Below are positions 29,093-46,559 of a stretch of DNA of 64,000 bases, piece after piece. The position numbers were made by a program, and so were the translations under genes. Within the stretch, counting starts at the first letter, position 1. Each line of letters opens with the position of its first letter. The notes below the pieces were generated by a model. That model had not been told where the DNA came from and searched no databases. It saw nothing but the letters and a program-made list of their open reading frames with translations. Origin of the DNA: Eledone cirrhosa (lineage: Eukaryota); assembly GCA_964016885.1 (NCBI GenBank), contig OZ024749.1, forward strand, positions 42,966,001 to 43,030,000, given 5' to 3'.

Positions 29093-29538
29093 CTGCTGCT
29101 GATGCTAGTGCTGTTGCTGCTACTACTACTGCTGCTAATACTACTACTACTAATACTGCTACTACTACTACTACTGCTATTAATACTGCTACTACTACTA
29201 CTACTGCTATTAATACTACTACTACTGCTGCTGCCACTACTACTACTATTACTGCTGCTGCTACTGCTACTACTATTACTGCTGCTGCTACTACTACTGC
29301 TACTACTAACACTGCTGCTGCTACTACTACTGCTACTACTAACACTGCTGCTGCAACTACTACTGCTACTACTAACACTGCTGCTGCTGCTACTACTACT
29401 ACTATTGCTGCTATAATACTACTATTACTGCTGCTGCTTCTACTACTATTACTGCTGCTGCTGCTTCTACTACTACTACTGCTACTACTGCTACTACTAC
29501 TACTACTGCTACTACTGCTACTACTGCTACTACTACAC
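29093..29538. repeat. (CTA)/(CTG) trinucleotide array
   Basis: Direct reading. Confidence 0.9.
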
Positions 29539-30809
29539 TAGATCATATGTCTTCATATGAAATGTTTCGTCTCTTAAAACAAAGATGGCAGCATATTCCC
29601 ACCTTGTTTACACCCTTCTCTTCCTATTTTTACTCAAATCTCTTTGGATGCCCCTCAGCAACTGCTTGCTTGATTACCGAGCCTCAGTTCGAAGTGAATA
29701 TCTAAATCACCTGTTCTGTTTAACAGAAACAATCTATTCTATTTATTAACGTTTAACATCATCGTTCTTGGTCTTAATCTCTTTATCTAAGCAAATGATT
29801 AAAAGATCAACACACACACATGCATATATATAAATATATTTATTTGTATATATATGAATGTGTGTCTGTATGCATATACATATGTATAAGTGTATATGTG
29901 CATATATATATATATATTTATTTGTATATATATGAATGTGTCTCTGTATGCATGTGTCTCTGTATGCATATAAATATGTATAAGTGTATATGTGCATAGA
30001 TATATATATATTTATTTGTATATATATGAATGTGTGTCTGTATGCATATAAATATGTATAAGTGTATATGTGCATATATATATATATATATTTATATATA
30101 TTTATTCATACGTATGCATGTATGTATATTTGTATGTATGTATGTTTGTATCTATATATGTATCTATATATACATGTATGTATGTACGTATGTGTGTATG
30201 CATGTATGTATGTATGTACGTACGTGTGTGTATGCATGTATGTATGTACGTATGTGTGTATGCATGTATGTATGTACGTACGTGTGTGTATGCATGTATG
30301 TATGTTTGTTTGTATCTATATATGTATGTATATATGCATGTTTGTACGTATGTGTGTGATGCATGTAAGTATGTACGTACATATGTGTGTATGCATGTAT
30401 GTATGTACATACGTAAGTGTGTATGTATATATGTATGTATGTAAAACATATAAGAAACAACAACAACAACAAAAATTAGAACAATAATACAACAGAACCA
30501 AACGAGGAACAATTTGGAAAATAATGATGTTGTTGTTGTTGTTGGTAGAGTTGATGGTGATGATGGCGGTGGTTATTATAATAGAAGTGTTGTTGGGGGC
30601 GTTGGTAATAATGAGGTTGATGATGATGAATTTGGTGTTGCTGGTGGTGGTGGTGGTGGTTACAGTGGTGGAGGTGGTGGTAGTGGTGTTAGCGGTACTG
30701 TTCACAATGATGATGATGATAATGATGAAGACGATAATGACGTTGACGATGACGATGACGATGATAATGGCGATGATAATGATGATGAAAATAATGGCGA
30801 TGATGATAA

Positions 30810-31190
30810 CAATTGTTTCTACTTTTGGCACAAGACCAGTGATTATCTCAGTGTATTACTGGTACTTTATTTTATCGACCCCGTAAGGATGAAAGGCAAA
30901 GTTAACCTCGGCGGGATTTGAACTCAGACCATAAAGGGGCTTAACTCTATGCTGCAAAAGCATGGCGTCCGACCTTCTACCGATACTGCCGATGACGATA
31001 ATAATTGTTTCTACTTTTGGCACAAGACCAGTGATTATCTCAGTGTATTACTGGTACATTATTTTATCGACCCCTTAAGGATGAAAGGCAAAGTCAACCT
31101 CGGCGGGATTTGAACTCAGATCGTAAAGGGACGTAACTATGCTGGAAAGCATGGCGTCCGACCCTCTACCGATACTGCCAATCCACCGCC
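30810..31190 (-). mobile_element. Two tandem near-identical Meta-type SINEs
   Basis: Both share the private variant CACAAGACCAGTGATTATCTCAGTGTATTACTGG. Confidence 0.85.
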
Positions 31191-31359
31191 CTTGCCCTTG
31201 ATGATAATAATCATGATGAGGATGATGATGATGGCCATAATTTGAAATTGCAAGCTGTGCATTGTCCGTATGAGTGAGAGAGAGATGAGAAGACTTTGTA
31301 TTGTTTCTATTTAAGTAGAGAGGAGCTAATGAGACAACGGATTAACATATATAATTACT

Positions 31360-31842
31360 ATTTCTACTTTTGGCACAAGGCCAGCAATTATCCCAGTGCG
31401 TGACTCATACTTCATTTGAATTCAGATCTTAAAGGGCCGTAACTCCTTGCTGTAAAGCATGGCGTCCGACCCTCTACCGATACTGCCAATCCATCGTCCA
31501 GAGTTTCTCCTTTTGTTACAAGGCCAGCAATTATCCCAGTGCGTGACTCATACTTCATTTGAATTCAGACCTTAAAGGGCCGTAACTCCTTGCTGTAAAG
31601 CATGGCGTCCGACCCTCTACCGATACTGCCAATCCATCGTCCAGAGTTTCTCCTTTTGTTACAAGGCCAGCGATTACCCCAGTGCAATACTGGTACTTTA
31701 TTTTATCGACCCCGTCAGGATGAACGGGCACAGTTAACCTCAGTGTCGGTGGATTTGAGCTCAGAACACAAAGGGCCGTAACTCTATGGCTGCAAATCAT
31801 GGTGTCTGAGACGCTCTACCGATACAGCCAATTCACCGCCCT
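31360..31842 (-). mobile_element. Two 143-bp tandem internally deleted SINE units followed by a fuller SINE
   Basis: ACAAGGCCAGC at 31375, 31518 and 31661; a partial copy also lies at 32068-32160. Confidence 0.85.
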
Positions 31843-32185
31843 TAACATATATATCAACATGATAACATGCTCAGCTATAAATACTTTCTTTGCCTTACCT
31901 ACATGATCAGTTTAATTCCAATAAGTTAACCAATCCAGATATACTACACATTATCGATTATACGACAGTTTTTATGCTGGGGGAGTTGTACGGAAGGGTA
32001 AATGATGAGAGAGAAAAAAAGCGAATCTTATATATATATATATGTATATATATATATGTATACATAACTATTTCTACTATTGGCACAAGGCCAGCAATTA
32101 TCCAGTACATTACTGGTACTTTATTTTATCGACCCCGTAAGGATGAAAGGCAAAGTTAACATAACGCAACCATGTATCATATGGT

Positions 32186-32246
<61 letters not shown>

Positions 32247-33191
32247 CTAAACGGGGGGGGGGGGGGGTAGAATCCTAACAGCAAGCCCGATTCTTTGAAA
32301 TTCGTGGAGATATAGGAATTCTATCACATACCCCTACACATCCATATATATATATATATATGTGTGTGTGTATATTCTTTTGGGTGTGTATTTGTGTGAA
32401 AGTGAAATTGCGTATGCCGTCCGTAATTCTTCTCCGTTCTCCTTATATTATATTTCTTCTGAATGGGTATTTCATTCTATCTTTGTCAGTCAGTTTTAAG
32501 CGAAAATATTCCAAGATAATTTCTTATATATACAGTATATATATATATAGCTGTGTGTGTGTATAATCAAAGACACAGAGAAAAAAAATGGAAAAGAAAG
32601 ACAGACCGTGTGGGAAATATATGTCTATTAATTGCTATAAATTACTATACATAATCTTTTCTTTCTAAAGGGAATATTTTTCTGATGAATACACCGTAAT
32701 AAAATAGGGAGAAAGAGAAAAAGTGAGTGCACGTGTGTGTATGTGTGTGGAAGAGTGAAACCGAAAGAGAGGGAGAGAGTGATAGACAAAAGAAGTGTAG
32801 GGGAGATAAATTATGTGTAGGAAGGGGATGATAAAAAGAAATAGAGCGAGAAAAAGACAGAAGGATTGTGGAGAAGGGATGGTGGAATGTCAGAGACTTA
32901 CAGAGATAAAGGTAGCAAAAGTGAAATAGAGACAATTATGTCATACTTTTATCTCATTTTCCTTTAATTCGTACTTATTTCTTTAAACATTTTATTTTAA
33001 TCATCTCCCTCTTTTTTTTGATATTTTGATTCTTTTTTGAAAGATTGTGTTGTTTTAGGTTGATTTCATGTAAAACATTCACAATTTATTGGCAAATAGA
33101 AATAGTCTCGTCAGCAATTTAAATTGTTGTATGAATGTATTGCCTGTATGTATATATGTATTAATACACACACATATATATATATACACAC

Positions 33192-33268
33192 ACGGGTCGT
33201 CAAGTATGAAATTTGTAGAAATTCGTAGAAAAAACAAATTCCTACAAATTTCATACCTGACGACCCAA
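33192..33268. mobile_element. ~75-bp hairpin MITE (mariner-like), copy 1
   Basis: GGGTCGTCAAGTATGAAATTTGTAG..CTACAAATTTCATACCTGACGACCC; second copy at 58507-58577. Confidence 0.75.
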
Positions 33269-33651
33269 TATATATGTATGTGTGTATGTGTGTGTGTGGA
33301 GGCTTCATGTGAGTTCAATCTCTGCCTGCCCCAATTGGTACGTTGTTTCCTTCAGCAAGACACTTTATTGTGGCCTTATGCCAGCGCTCTGATGATTTTC
33401 CAACTCTTTCTACTTTATTAAAGGAAATGAAATCTCTCTCAACAGTGCACAACTGTATGTTGCTGAGACTAACTCTCGTTTCCCCATACCAAGGTGATAT
33501 GGAGACTTCCTCTTTCGTTTTCAGTAACCACACAGCCTCGCCTCTTTACATATATATATATATATATATAAAAGGTAAACAGAAATAACACAATCGGTAC
33601 AGTATATGGAAGGAATATATAAGCTTAACGCTTGAAATAGCAGGAAAAAGG

Positions 33652-33687
33652 TCTTAATATTTCGGACACTAGTTCTTCATCAGAAGA
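33652..33687 (-). ncRNA. Very small hammerhead-like motif
   Basis: UCUU-CUGAUGA-AGAAC-UAGU-GUCC-GAAA-UAU-UA-AGA; stem II imperfect. Confidence 0.5.
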
Positions 33688-34018
33688 AAGAATGAGAAAT
33701 AGGATAGATTGAAGAGATGGGCGAGGTGGAACTGGAAAAAATGTATTTTTAGATAAACATAACAGGAGAGAGAGAGAGTGAGAGAGAGAGAGAGAGCGAG
33801 AGAGAGAGAGAGATCTGAAAATGCGAGAGTTCCAAACCGAGAAAGTAATTGTAAAAACAGTCTATCGATGTTGTTTCAGAGATACTGGGTTCGATTCGTC
33901 GTACGTTATTTTCTTTTATTTTCCCTCTCTAGGGGCAGTTTCTCCAATGTTCTCATCCATCATCTGTAGGAATCAGCGATTTTAAATTCCTTTTCTGTTT
34001 TTGGAAAACCGTCGTTTT

Positions 34019-34167
<149 letters not shown>

Positions 34168-34369
34168 GTATATGTATATGCATCAATTGCATATATATCG
34201 ATATATTTATCTGTGTGTCTGTGTTACTTTGTTTTGATATAGAATAACCTGGAAAATTTAGACTATTCATACGAATGGATGGAGAGGGATAATGGTAGGT
34301 GTCATGGCTGAGGGATGTATATACATACATATATGCATATATATTTACATATATATATATTTACACACT

Positions 34370-34406
<37 letters not shown>

Positions 34407-34433
34407 TTACAGACATATATATATATATATTTG

Positions 34434-34468
<35 letters not shown>

Positions 34469-34477
34469 TTACACACT

Positions 34478-34508
<31 letters not shown>

Positions 34509-34537
34509 TTACAGACATATATATATATATATATTTG

Positions 34538-34568
<31 letters not shown>

Positions 34569-35117
34569 TTACAGACATATATATATATATATATATTTGC
34601 ACACACACACACATATATATATTTACACACACATATATATATAATATATATATATATATATAAAGGGAGATAAAGAGAGATAGTTATAATGTCAAAATAT
34701 TACGGTGGTGGTATGTAAAAAAAAAAAAAGGTGGAGAACAGAGAGGTGTAGGTAGAGGAGATGAAGCATAAGAATAGAAATATAGAGAGAGTGAGGGAGA
34801 GATAATGATGGAGGGGGAGATGAGGAGGAAAGTGTGGCAGGGGGAGGGGGGAGTATTTACATGTGATAGAATGATAGTCCTGAAAATAGAATGAAAAATG
34901 GATTTAGCATCAATAACTACGTGATGGATCTATGAAAAATGTTTTATCGATCAGGCAATGGAGGGGGCGAGGGGAGGGTTTTTGTTGTTGCTTTATATTT
35001 ATGCGTATCTTTCATTTTTTTTTTTAAAGTTAGGGCGGGTGATAAATATTGGTGGAGCATTGATGTTTGCGAGGAAATGAACTCTATAACAATATTAATA
35101 TTAATAATAATAATAAT

Positions 35118-35396
35118 AATTGTTTCTACTTTAGGCACAAGGCCAGCAATTACCCAGTACATTACTGGTACTTTATTTTAATAATAATAATAGGTACTAT
35201 CTCAAAAAGTTTCCAGGGACGGGTTAAAGAAAATTGGCCCCGCCACGCCTTTTGGAACGCTTCAAAAGGCATGCTTGCTGGGAACAGCAAGAACCCTCCG
35301 ATAGGTCCTGAATATCTGAGGCTGCAGGTAGTGGCTTGATATTCATTTCAACAAACTTTCCAGTTAACTAATATCAATGACTGAGACTCAAAGAAC

Positions 35397-35432
<36 letters not shown>

Positions 35433-35925
35433 TGTTTGTACTTTTGGCACAAGGCCAGCAATTATACCGGTGTATTACTGGTACTTTATCTTTTCGAATC
35501 CTTAAGCATGAATAGCAAAGTCAACCCCGGCGGGATTTGAATTCAGAACGGAAAGTGCTGTAACTCTATGTTGCAAATCATGGCGTCCAACCCTCTACCG
35601 ATACTGCCAATCCACTGCCCTATTAATAATAATTATTATTTCTACTTTAGGCACAAGGCCAGCAATTACCCAGTACGTTACTGGTACTTTATTTTATCGA
35701 CCCCGTAAGGATGAAAGGCAAAGTTAACCTCGGCAGGATTTGAACTCAGATCGTGAGGGGATGTAACTATGCTGGAAAGCATGTCCGACCCCCTACCGAT
35801 ACTGCTAATTCATCGCCCTATTAATAATAATAATAATGGTTTCTCATATAGGCACAAGGCCCACAATTTTTGGGGCGGGGAAAGTCGATATAAATCAACT
35901 CCAGTGTGTTACTAGTACTTTATTC
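35118..35925 (-). mobile_element. Cluster of four Meta-type SINE copies/fragments separated by (AAT)n
   Basis: TTTCTACTTTAGGCACAAGGCCAGCAATTA-type ends near 35123, 35436, 35640 and 35840. Further copies at 36275-36355 (+) and 37622-37755 (-). Confidence 0.85.
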
Positions 35926-37499
35926 TATATCATATGCAGAAGGAAATTATAATTACCCACCATTTATCTTGCAATATTTGGTTTCTCTTAATCACAGGAA
36001 TTTAATACTGAAGGAAACCAGTATAGAAATCCCTTGCAAATAATGGTTTTCATGAAATAAATTTGAATATTTTAGGCTTAATTACAATAAAGAGACACAT
36101 TAAAGAATGATGTATTGATATAATTAACTGTATTTCACTGTCAATATTCCGACTGACAAAATTATTACTTCTTTATAGAGTAGTAGAGAAACATTTAACA
36201 ACAACATTTATTTAAACTAACATATTCCACGCTACTTGGATAGAATATTTTATGGTATTTGTTCCGACTTTCTGCTCTCTGAGTTCAAATCCCGCCGAGG
36301 TCAACTTTGCCTTTCGTCCTTTCGAAGTCGATAAAAAAGTACCAGTCTAGTACTGGGGATAGATTCTTACTCTACATCTCTTTCTCATTCCCTCTCTCTT
36401 TCATTTTCTATCTTTCCCTGGAAGAAATCTGCTGTACACATGACCAGAAAGGTTTGGGCGCCGCCAGGCTTAGAATGCCCCCAAAACGCTGTATATCAAT
36501 ACAGCGTTCTTACGACTCTATCAGGAATTACGGTACCATACATACATGTATACCTACATACACTCCACGTTACGTGATTTCCCGAAATATAAGTTCTGAA
36601 ATAACAATAAGAAATCGCCAAAATGTTGTACATTATTCTACACCCAGCATTAATCATAGACACAGTTGTAACTGCCTTAATACAAATTATTTTAAGAAAA
36701 ATATCTTGCTACATCTATCATATGTTCAACTTGCTTTTTAATTTTACAAGCAGGCTGTTTCATTTTTTTAACAACTAGAACACTCGCCCTCAGAACCGAC
36801 ATACGTCAATACACACACAACACTTTACATGTACTCGCACTTACGTATGTTTTTCTGTGCGTAACTATCTGAGTATCAATGTGTGTATGTACATATATCT
36901 TTATCTATTTATGTATCTATCTGTCTACCTATGTTTATATCTACCTGTGTACCTATGTGTATATGTATTTGTGTATCGACCTGTGTACCTATGTTTATAT
37001 CTACCTGTGTATCTATATCTTCGTGTGCTCCTATACCTATATCTATTTGTGTACCTATCTGTGTTCCTATGTTTATATCTACCTATGTATCTATGTGGGT
37101 ACCTATATCTTCATGTGTACCTGTATCTATATCTATTTATGTAACATACTTGTAAGTAAACGTCTTCACACTTCTAGGTTTTACTTATGGAAAGCAAAAA
37201 AAGATAAAAAAAAACACTTTAGCTCTTACAAAATAAAATCTATTTAGAAGATTAAAGTTTCAGTCGATTGCAATCATTTTAAAACTGTGAATTTAAAAAA
37301 TAGAATCACTCTACCACATTTTAAACACTCGAAAAATTCCAAAATCGTAAAGAAAAAAAACCTCGTGAAAAAATTGACAAAATAAATTTGAAAAATTTGA
37401 AAAGGAAAAACAGAAAATGATTGGAAAAAAAAAAAATTTCTATAAAAAAAAAAAGAAAACCTGCTAGGATTATGGTCATGATAATCATGATCATGACAT

Positions 37500-37561
<62 letters not shown>

Positions 37562-38048
37562 TATACTGCTAGTGATGATGATGAGAGAGGAAGGACAGAA
37601 TAATAATAATAATGATGATAATAATTGTTTCTACTTTTGGCACAAGGCCAGCAATTACCTCAGTGCATTACTGGTACTTTATTTTATCGACCCCGTAAGG
37701 ATGAAAGGCAAAGTTAACCTCGGCGGGATTTGAACTCAGTTCATAAAGGGCCGTGATCTTTATGAATAATGATGATGAAAATGTCATCACCACTGACATA
37801 ACAGCAACAACAGTAATAATAATTTCTCATAGCCGTATGGAACTCATGCGATTGTTGTCTGATTTTGAGAAGAAAAAATATTTGAACGATGAAATGGAAA
37901 ATAATAAATTGAATTAGAACCTCAAACCGCCGTAGTTTTTTTTACATGTTTGACGATTGCAAAAGCAATTATTACAAACAACAAACGTATTAAGAGAACT
38001 CTTTCTCAGACACGTGCACCCATATATACACATCCATATAAATATGCA

Positions 38049-38094
<46 letters not shown>

Positions 38095-38233
38095 TAGATT
38101 TCTATAAACGTAGCTAAAATAATATTTTAAAGTAATTTTTAACAAGTTTTTCGAATGATGGCTTCAAATATATTATATTTGAAAACAATGTTTGTATGTT
38201 TCGAGGTATGTTTAATTTCGGAGAAATCTTATG

Positions 38234-38281
<48 letters not shown>

Positions 38282-38451
38282 CATTAAATATGTATGAATG
38301 CATTATAAGTGATGTTACATTTGTATATTGTATATATATTTTATTTAATGTATATTAGATGACATTTACATACAGATACTCACACACATTTATATCCTAT
38401 ATATATATATATAGAGAGAGAGATAGCGAGAGAGTGAGTGAGAGAGAGAAT

Positions 38452-38483
<32 letters not shown>

Positions 38484-38947
38484 AAAAGAGACGGAGTGAA
38501 GGAGAGAGAGAGATGTGGGTAAGTGTGTGTTCACATATACGTTTTCAAAGGTATGTCTAAATATGTCGTTCTGTTTGACATTTTAAGTATAATATACAAA
38601 CAACTACGCAACTGAAAAATTATTCCAGAAAACAAAGAATTCAAACGTTTCTAGTGATAAAGCTATCACATTAATGATATTGAATGATTTACTTTCTTCT
38701 CCAAACATTCTGAAACTACTGTATCAATAAATGTTTAAATATAGTAAAAATAGTAAACTTTCAACAGAATCAAAAGAAATATATGTTGATATAAAGAGTA
38801 ACGCTCTTGAGATAATTGTAAACCATTTGAAATCGTAGAAAAAACCATTAATACAAACCTGAATGATATAAAGCCAACAAATAATATGTTTACAAAATTC
38901 TTATATATAATTTTATACACACAAATGCATTATATATGCTGTGTGCT

Positions 38948-39175
38948 TCCATTACGTATACCATCTGTAACAGGCGTCTTCAATTTGCAGGTCATGACAT
39001 GAGAGAGCAAAGAATCTGCTTACTGAACATTTAGGGAGCCCCCTAATGTGAAACCCGAACGCGGAAGACCTGTTAAGGCATTAAAGAGTGACAGAATCAT
39101 TGAGGGAGATGTAGGATTATCTGTTGAAGAACTAAGCCAGTTAACTTAGGATCGTGTGAGATGGAAAGGTTTTAT
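38948..39175 (+). pseudogene. Decayed 3' end of an RTE-type LINE ORF
   Basis: Fragments SITYTICNRRLQFAGH and RGRPVKALKSDRIIEGDVGLSVEELSQLT*DRVRWKG fit the RRL..GH / RGRP / DR..W C-terminal pattern. Confidence 0.65.
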
Positions 39176-39194
39176 TATGTCACCACAAAATACG

Positions 39195-39700
39195 GGTGGT
39201 AGACTGGAAGAATCGGTAGAGCGTCGGACAATATGCTTTATGACAGCATTACGGCCCTTTACGAGTTGATTTCAAATTCTGCCGAGGTTAATTTTGCCTT
39301 TCATTCTTACGGGGTTGATAAAATAAAGTACCAGTAATGCACTGGAGGTTGTTTAATCGACATTTTCCTTCCCCCAAATCGTTGGCCTTGTGCCTAAATC
39401 TGAAACCATTATGTCACCACAAAGTAGTTAATAAATGTAGTAGTAGTAGTAGTAGTAGTAGTAGTTGTTGTTGTAGTAGTAGTGGTAGTGTATCTAATTT
39501 ATAAATGGAGACAGAGAGAGAGAGAGAGTTATAAATAAAGAATTGGTTCCCAGCATTGATCTGGTACTTTATTTAATGACGACCAACGGATGAAAGTCAA
39601 AATCGACTTCGGCGCGATTCAACCTCAGCGGACAGAGAACCGAAACCAATACCGCAAGGCATTTTATTCAACAAACAACTCCATTAATTCAGCGCCCCTT
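39195..39700. mobile_element. Inverted pair of Meta-type SINEs (39195-39410 +, ~39545-39700 -)
   Basis: GCCGAGGTTAATTTTGCCTTTCATTCTTACGGGG versus GGATGAAAGTCAAAATCGACTTCGGCG. Confidence 0.7.
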
Positions 39701-40441
39701 TCTTTAGTCTGGTATAATTCTGAACTATAAAATTGTGAATAGAAGCCATTGATGACAGGCACTTTGTTATGTTTATATAGAAAAGAGCAGAAGAATGGAC
39801 CAGCTGTTAAGTTTCCCAAAAGAAGATCACTTTAAAAGAAAAAAAATATCAAAAAGAAACAGTAAAAAACTATAGAATTTTAAGTCAATTCCAATTCAAT
39901 AAATATTTTAATCAATAACAAATAACAAAAGAATCAACATACAAATAGGCAAACAAACAATCTATTTAACGATGATATTAACATGACAAAAAAACACAAT
40001 AAATGGGTAAATAAAAGAATATACACTTGACATTATATTTTATTCGTAAAATGTACACGTGCACGTATATATATTAATACACATATATATATAAATGCAC
40101 ACACACACATATATATATATATATATAAATACACACACATATATAAATGCACACACACACACACAGATATATATATATATAAATACACACACATATATAA
40201 ATGCACACACACACACATATATATATATATATAAATACACACACATATATAAATGCACACACACACACACAGATATATATATATATAAATACACACACAT
40301 ATATAAATGCACACACACACACAGATATATATATATATATAAATACACACACATATATAAATGCGCACACACACACAGATATATATATATATAAATACAC
40401 ACACACACATATATTTATATATATACAGTATATATATATAA

Positions 40442-40492
<51 letters not shown>

Positions 40493-40502
40493 CATATATA
40501 TT

Positions 40503-40539
<37 letters not shown>

Positions 40540-40612
40540 ATATAAATAAATACATATATATTTATATATATATTTATATATTTATCTATATATAAATAAA
40601 TACATATATATT

Positions 40613-40646
<34 letters not shown>

Positions 40647-40800
40647 AATAAATACATATATATTTATATATATATATATATATAAATAAATACATATATA
40701 TTTATATATATATATATATATAAATAAATACATATATATTTATATATATATATATATATAAATAAATACATATATATTTATATATAAATAAATACATACA

Positions 40801-40886
<86 letters not shown>

Positions 40887-41426
40887 CATATAAAAATATA
40901 AATACATATATATATATAAATTCAGATGAGCAGAACAAACAAACATTAAACAATCCTTTAAATAAATAAAAAAATGATTTAAATATGTACTTGTTCTTAA
41001 TGCTATTACCGGCGGTTTCGCTTCACAAAAGATTAGAAAATCAGAGAATTTCTAACGGAAAAGTAAAGTTCATCGGATAGCTATTTCCACTCTATAGGAC
41101 TAGGTCCCAGCCTGCAAATATATTGCCAATTACCAGCTCGTATGAGTTATGACCGTTAAAGTGACCCACACGTGAACTAGCCGCTAGTAAAAGCGGGAAT
41201 ATTACAGACGTGTTGTTGGCTTTGCTGCTAAAAGAAAATAGCAGTAAGCAACAACGAATTTTTTCTCTACATAGACTGGAGAATATATAAAATGAGGTAA
41301 ATATCTCTCTGAGTACTAAGTACCCATAGAGATATATAGGGTGTCTATAATATAATTGTTGTTTTATGGTACTAATTTGAGATACCAGAACTATAAACAT
41401 TGAGATGAGCAGAACAAACAAACATT

Positions 41427-41505
<79 letters not shown>

Positions 41506-41942
41506 ATTTCTCTTAGTTCCGAGTCCATTTCTGACCGGCCACCTTCCCTGTGGCAAGGTTGTAAAGAAAAGAAAGTTGTTGTTATCTCTTGTGTAAACGC
41601 ATGTCCCTTGAATCGTAAGAATGTTTCATAAATTCTGAAGGTTCCAGATGTCGCAGACATTTCTACCTTTTGAATTAGGGACATACGTTCTTTCTCCACA
41701 AATCCAAGTTCAGCTATTCTTTGGTCCAGGCAGGATGGAATATAAGCTGTAGGGCCATTAATAAGCTGAACCAGTATCTTAGATATTCGATCTGCACAAA
41801 TATCATCAACGGATCGTAGATATCTGCCTTATCTTGTATTTTTCTTACCGAATGCATGCATGAACGTATATATGTATGTGTGTATACAAATACATACATA
41901 AACCCATATGCGTTTCAGCTATGCCTCAAGCAAACCTCAACA

Positions 41943-41972
<30 letters not shown>

Positions 41973-41974
<2 letters not shown>

Positions 41975-42180
41975 GGCAAAGAGTCAGGATCCCGACAGCT
42001 GAGCTCTGACCGTTTCAACAGCTAGATCCGAAGAATTCAGGTCGGATCTAACTGTCGAAACGACCGGAGCTCAGCCGTCGGGGTCCTGACTCTTTTCCTA
42101 TATCCCCCTCTATACCCTAACATTTGAGTACTCTGGTGCGTCATGTTCCACCTGGTATCTTACCACACCCTCTTTGTTTT
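41973..42180 (+). mobile_element. Hairpin-plus-tail element, copy A (128-bp hairpin, ~80-bp tail, (TA)n both sides)
   Basis: TAGGCAAAGAGTCAGGATCCCGAC..GTCGGGGTCCTGACTCTTTTCCTA followed by TACTCTGGTGCGTCATGTTCCACCTGGTATCTTACCAC. Confidence 0.85.
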
Positions 42181-43130
42181 TTGTATATATATATATTGTA
42201 TGTATATATATACTGTATATATACTATATATAGATATGACTTCTACAAGACTAGAACTCTTTCATTGAAGAGAAAAAGAAAGAATACCCGAGAGAGAGAG
42301 CGGGAGAGAGAGAGATAAAGTTGGAATCGACTCCAGTATAATTCTTATACTTTATTTATCGACCTCACAACAATGAAAGTCAAAATTGAACTCCGTGGAA
42401 TTTCGAACTCAAAGCGCAGCGCAGAAATCGCAAAGCTTTCTATCTGACATTCTAACGACACCTTAACATAAGACAAAGGTAACATAAAAATAAAGGTAAA
42501 TAAGTAAATCGTAAATTCTGATAAGAATTAAAAATGGAGGATCTACGAACATTCTTAAATGCAAAATGATTACTCATCTTCATATTCCATTTAATACAAA
42601 TACTATCAAAGTAAGAAAAAATAGTCTTCAAAAAAAAAAAAAAAAGAAGAGAGAAAAGAAAAGATGAAACCTACAGATTACAAATCTTTAGATATATTTC
42701 CAACATTATTGCATTATGTGAGAAATTATATCATGATTTTCTCTTTTACTTTTTGCCCACACATATAAAATGTTAAACTATAGATGAAAGGTAAAGAACC
42801 GAAAAAAATAAAGAATTCTATTAATCAAACGTATACGACCAGAGCCCACCGCAAGCTGAACAACTAAAATACCTTGCATTAAAGTTTTTTAAAAAAATGT
42901 ACATTGAACAAAATGAATACTAGATAATATGATAGAATATGAAAGTGAAAGTACGCGACGGAATGGTGGGAACTGAGATTGTTTCAAAGTGATTTACAAT
43001 GCAAGGAGAGTGGCAGAGTGGCATAGCAACAAAAGTCTACAAAAAAAAAAAGCTGTCCAATATGCAGATATATATATATATATATATACGATATATTAAC
43101 AAATGGAAAGTATATTTATAAAACCATATT

Positions 43131-43195
43131 TATTTCATTATACATATTTCAAGGACACCAAGTTAAATTACGGTGTGCTTTCATCAGATAAAATA
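43131..43195 (-). ncRNA. Minimal type-I hammerhead motif within a (TA)n-flanked element (43089-43270)
   Basis: UAUUUUAU-CUGAUGA-AAGCACACC-loop-GGUGUCCUU-GAAA-UAUGUA-UA-AUGAAAUA. Confidence 0.8.
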
Positions 43196-43268
43196 TAATA
43201 TAGAGCAGTTTTATAAATAAATATTGACATACCCTTAAAGAATGCGACCATTTCTGTTGGAAGCTCTC

Positions 43269-43349
<81 letters not shown>

Positions 43350-43385
43350 GTATATATATATATACATATATATATACATACATAT

Positions 43386-43427
<42 letters not shown>

Positions 43428-43433
<6 letters not shown>

Positions 43434-43781
43434 CAAGAAAGAAGAGTGAAATGGTTTGCTATACAATAAGGGCTTTATTCACATTGCTGACAATTGTTTC
43501 TCTGAACTGGTAGGTCTAGAGATCGCTACCCACCTGTTTTCGCGTCAATTGTCAGCAATGTGATTAAAGCCCTGATTGTATAGCAAACCGTGTCACCCTT
43601 CTTTCTTGATTTATCATTACTCCAAGTGTAAACTACATAGAAATCACCGCGTACTCGCAGCATCACTATGGAAACGTCTTGTTGAGTCAAACTTAGCCAA
43701 GCGTTGATACTATCCACTACTCGGAGTACCCTAACTGGACTACATCTAAGTGGACTACCTATAACAATAATTTGTTGTCCC

Positions 43782-43782
<1 letters not shown>
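43428..43782. mobile_element. Second type of hairpin-plus-tail element (~68-bp arms, 43428-43614)
   Basis: AAATCAAGAAAGAAG..CACATTGCTGACAATTG pairs with CAATTGTCAGCAATGTG..CTTCTTTCTTGATTT; (TA)n on both sides. Confidence 0.8.
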
Positions 43783-46300
<2,518 letters not shown>

Positions 46301-46439
46301 TAAATTGTGTAAACATCATATTTTATATAGAAGTGGCATCTAAAAGACCAGAACTATTTCATTCAATATAAATTATCAGAGCTTTCCTTTTGAACGAAAC
46401 AATTCTAGTCAAGTAGAAGCCATTTTTCCTTTAAACATG

Positions 46440-46559
<120 letters not shown>

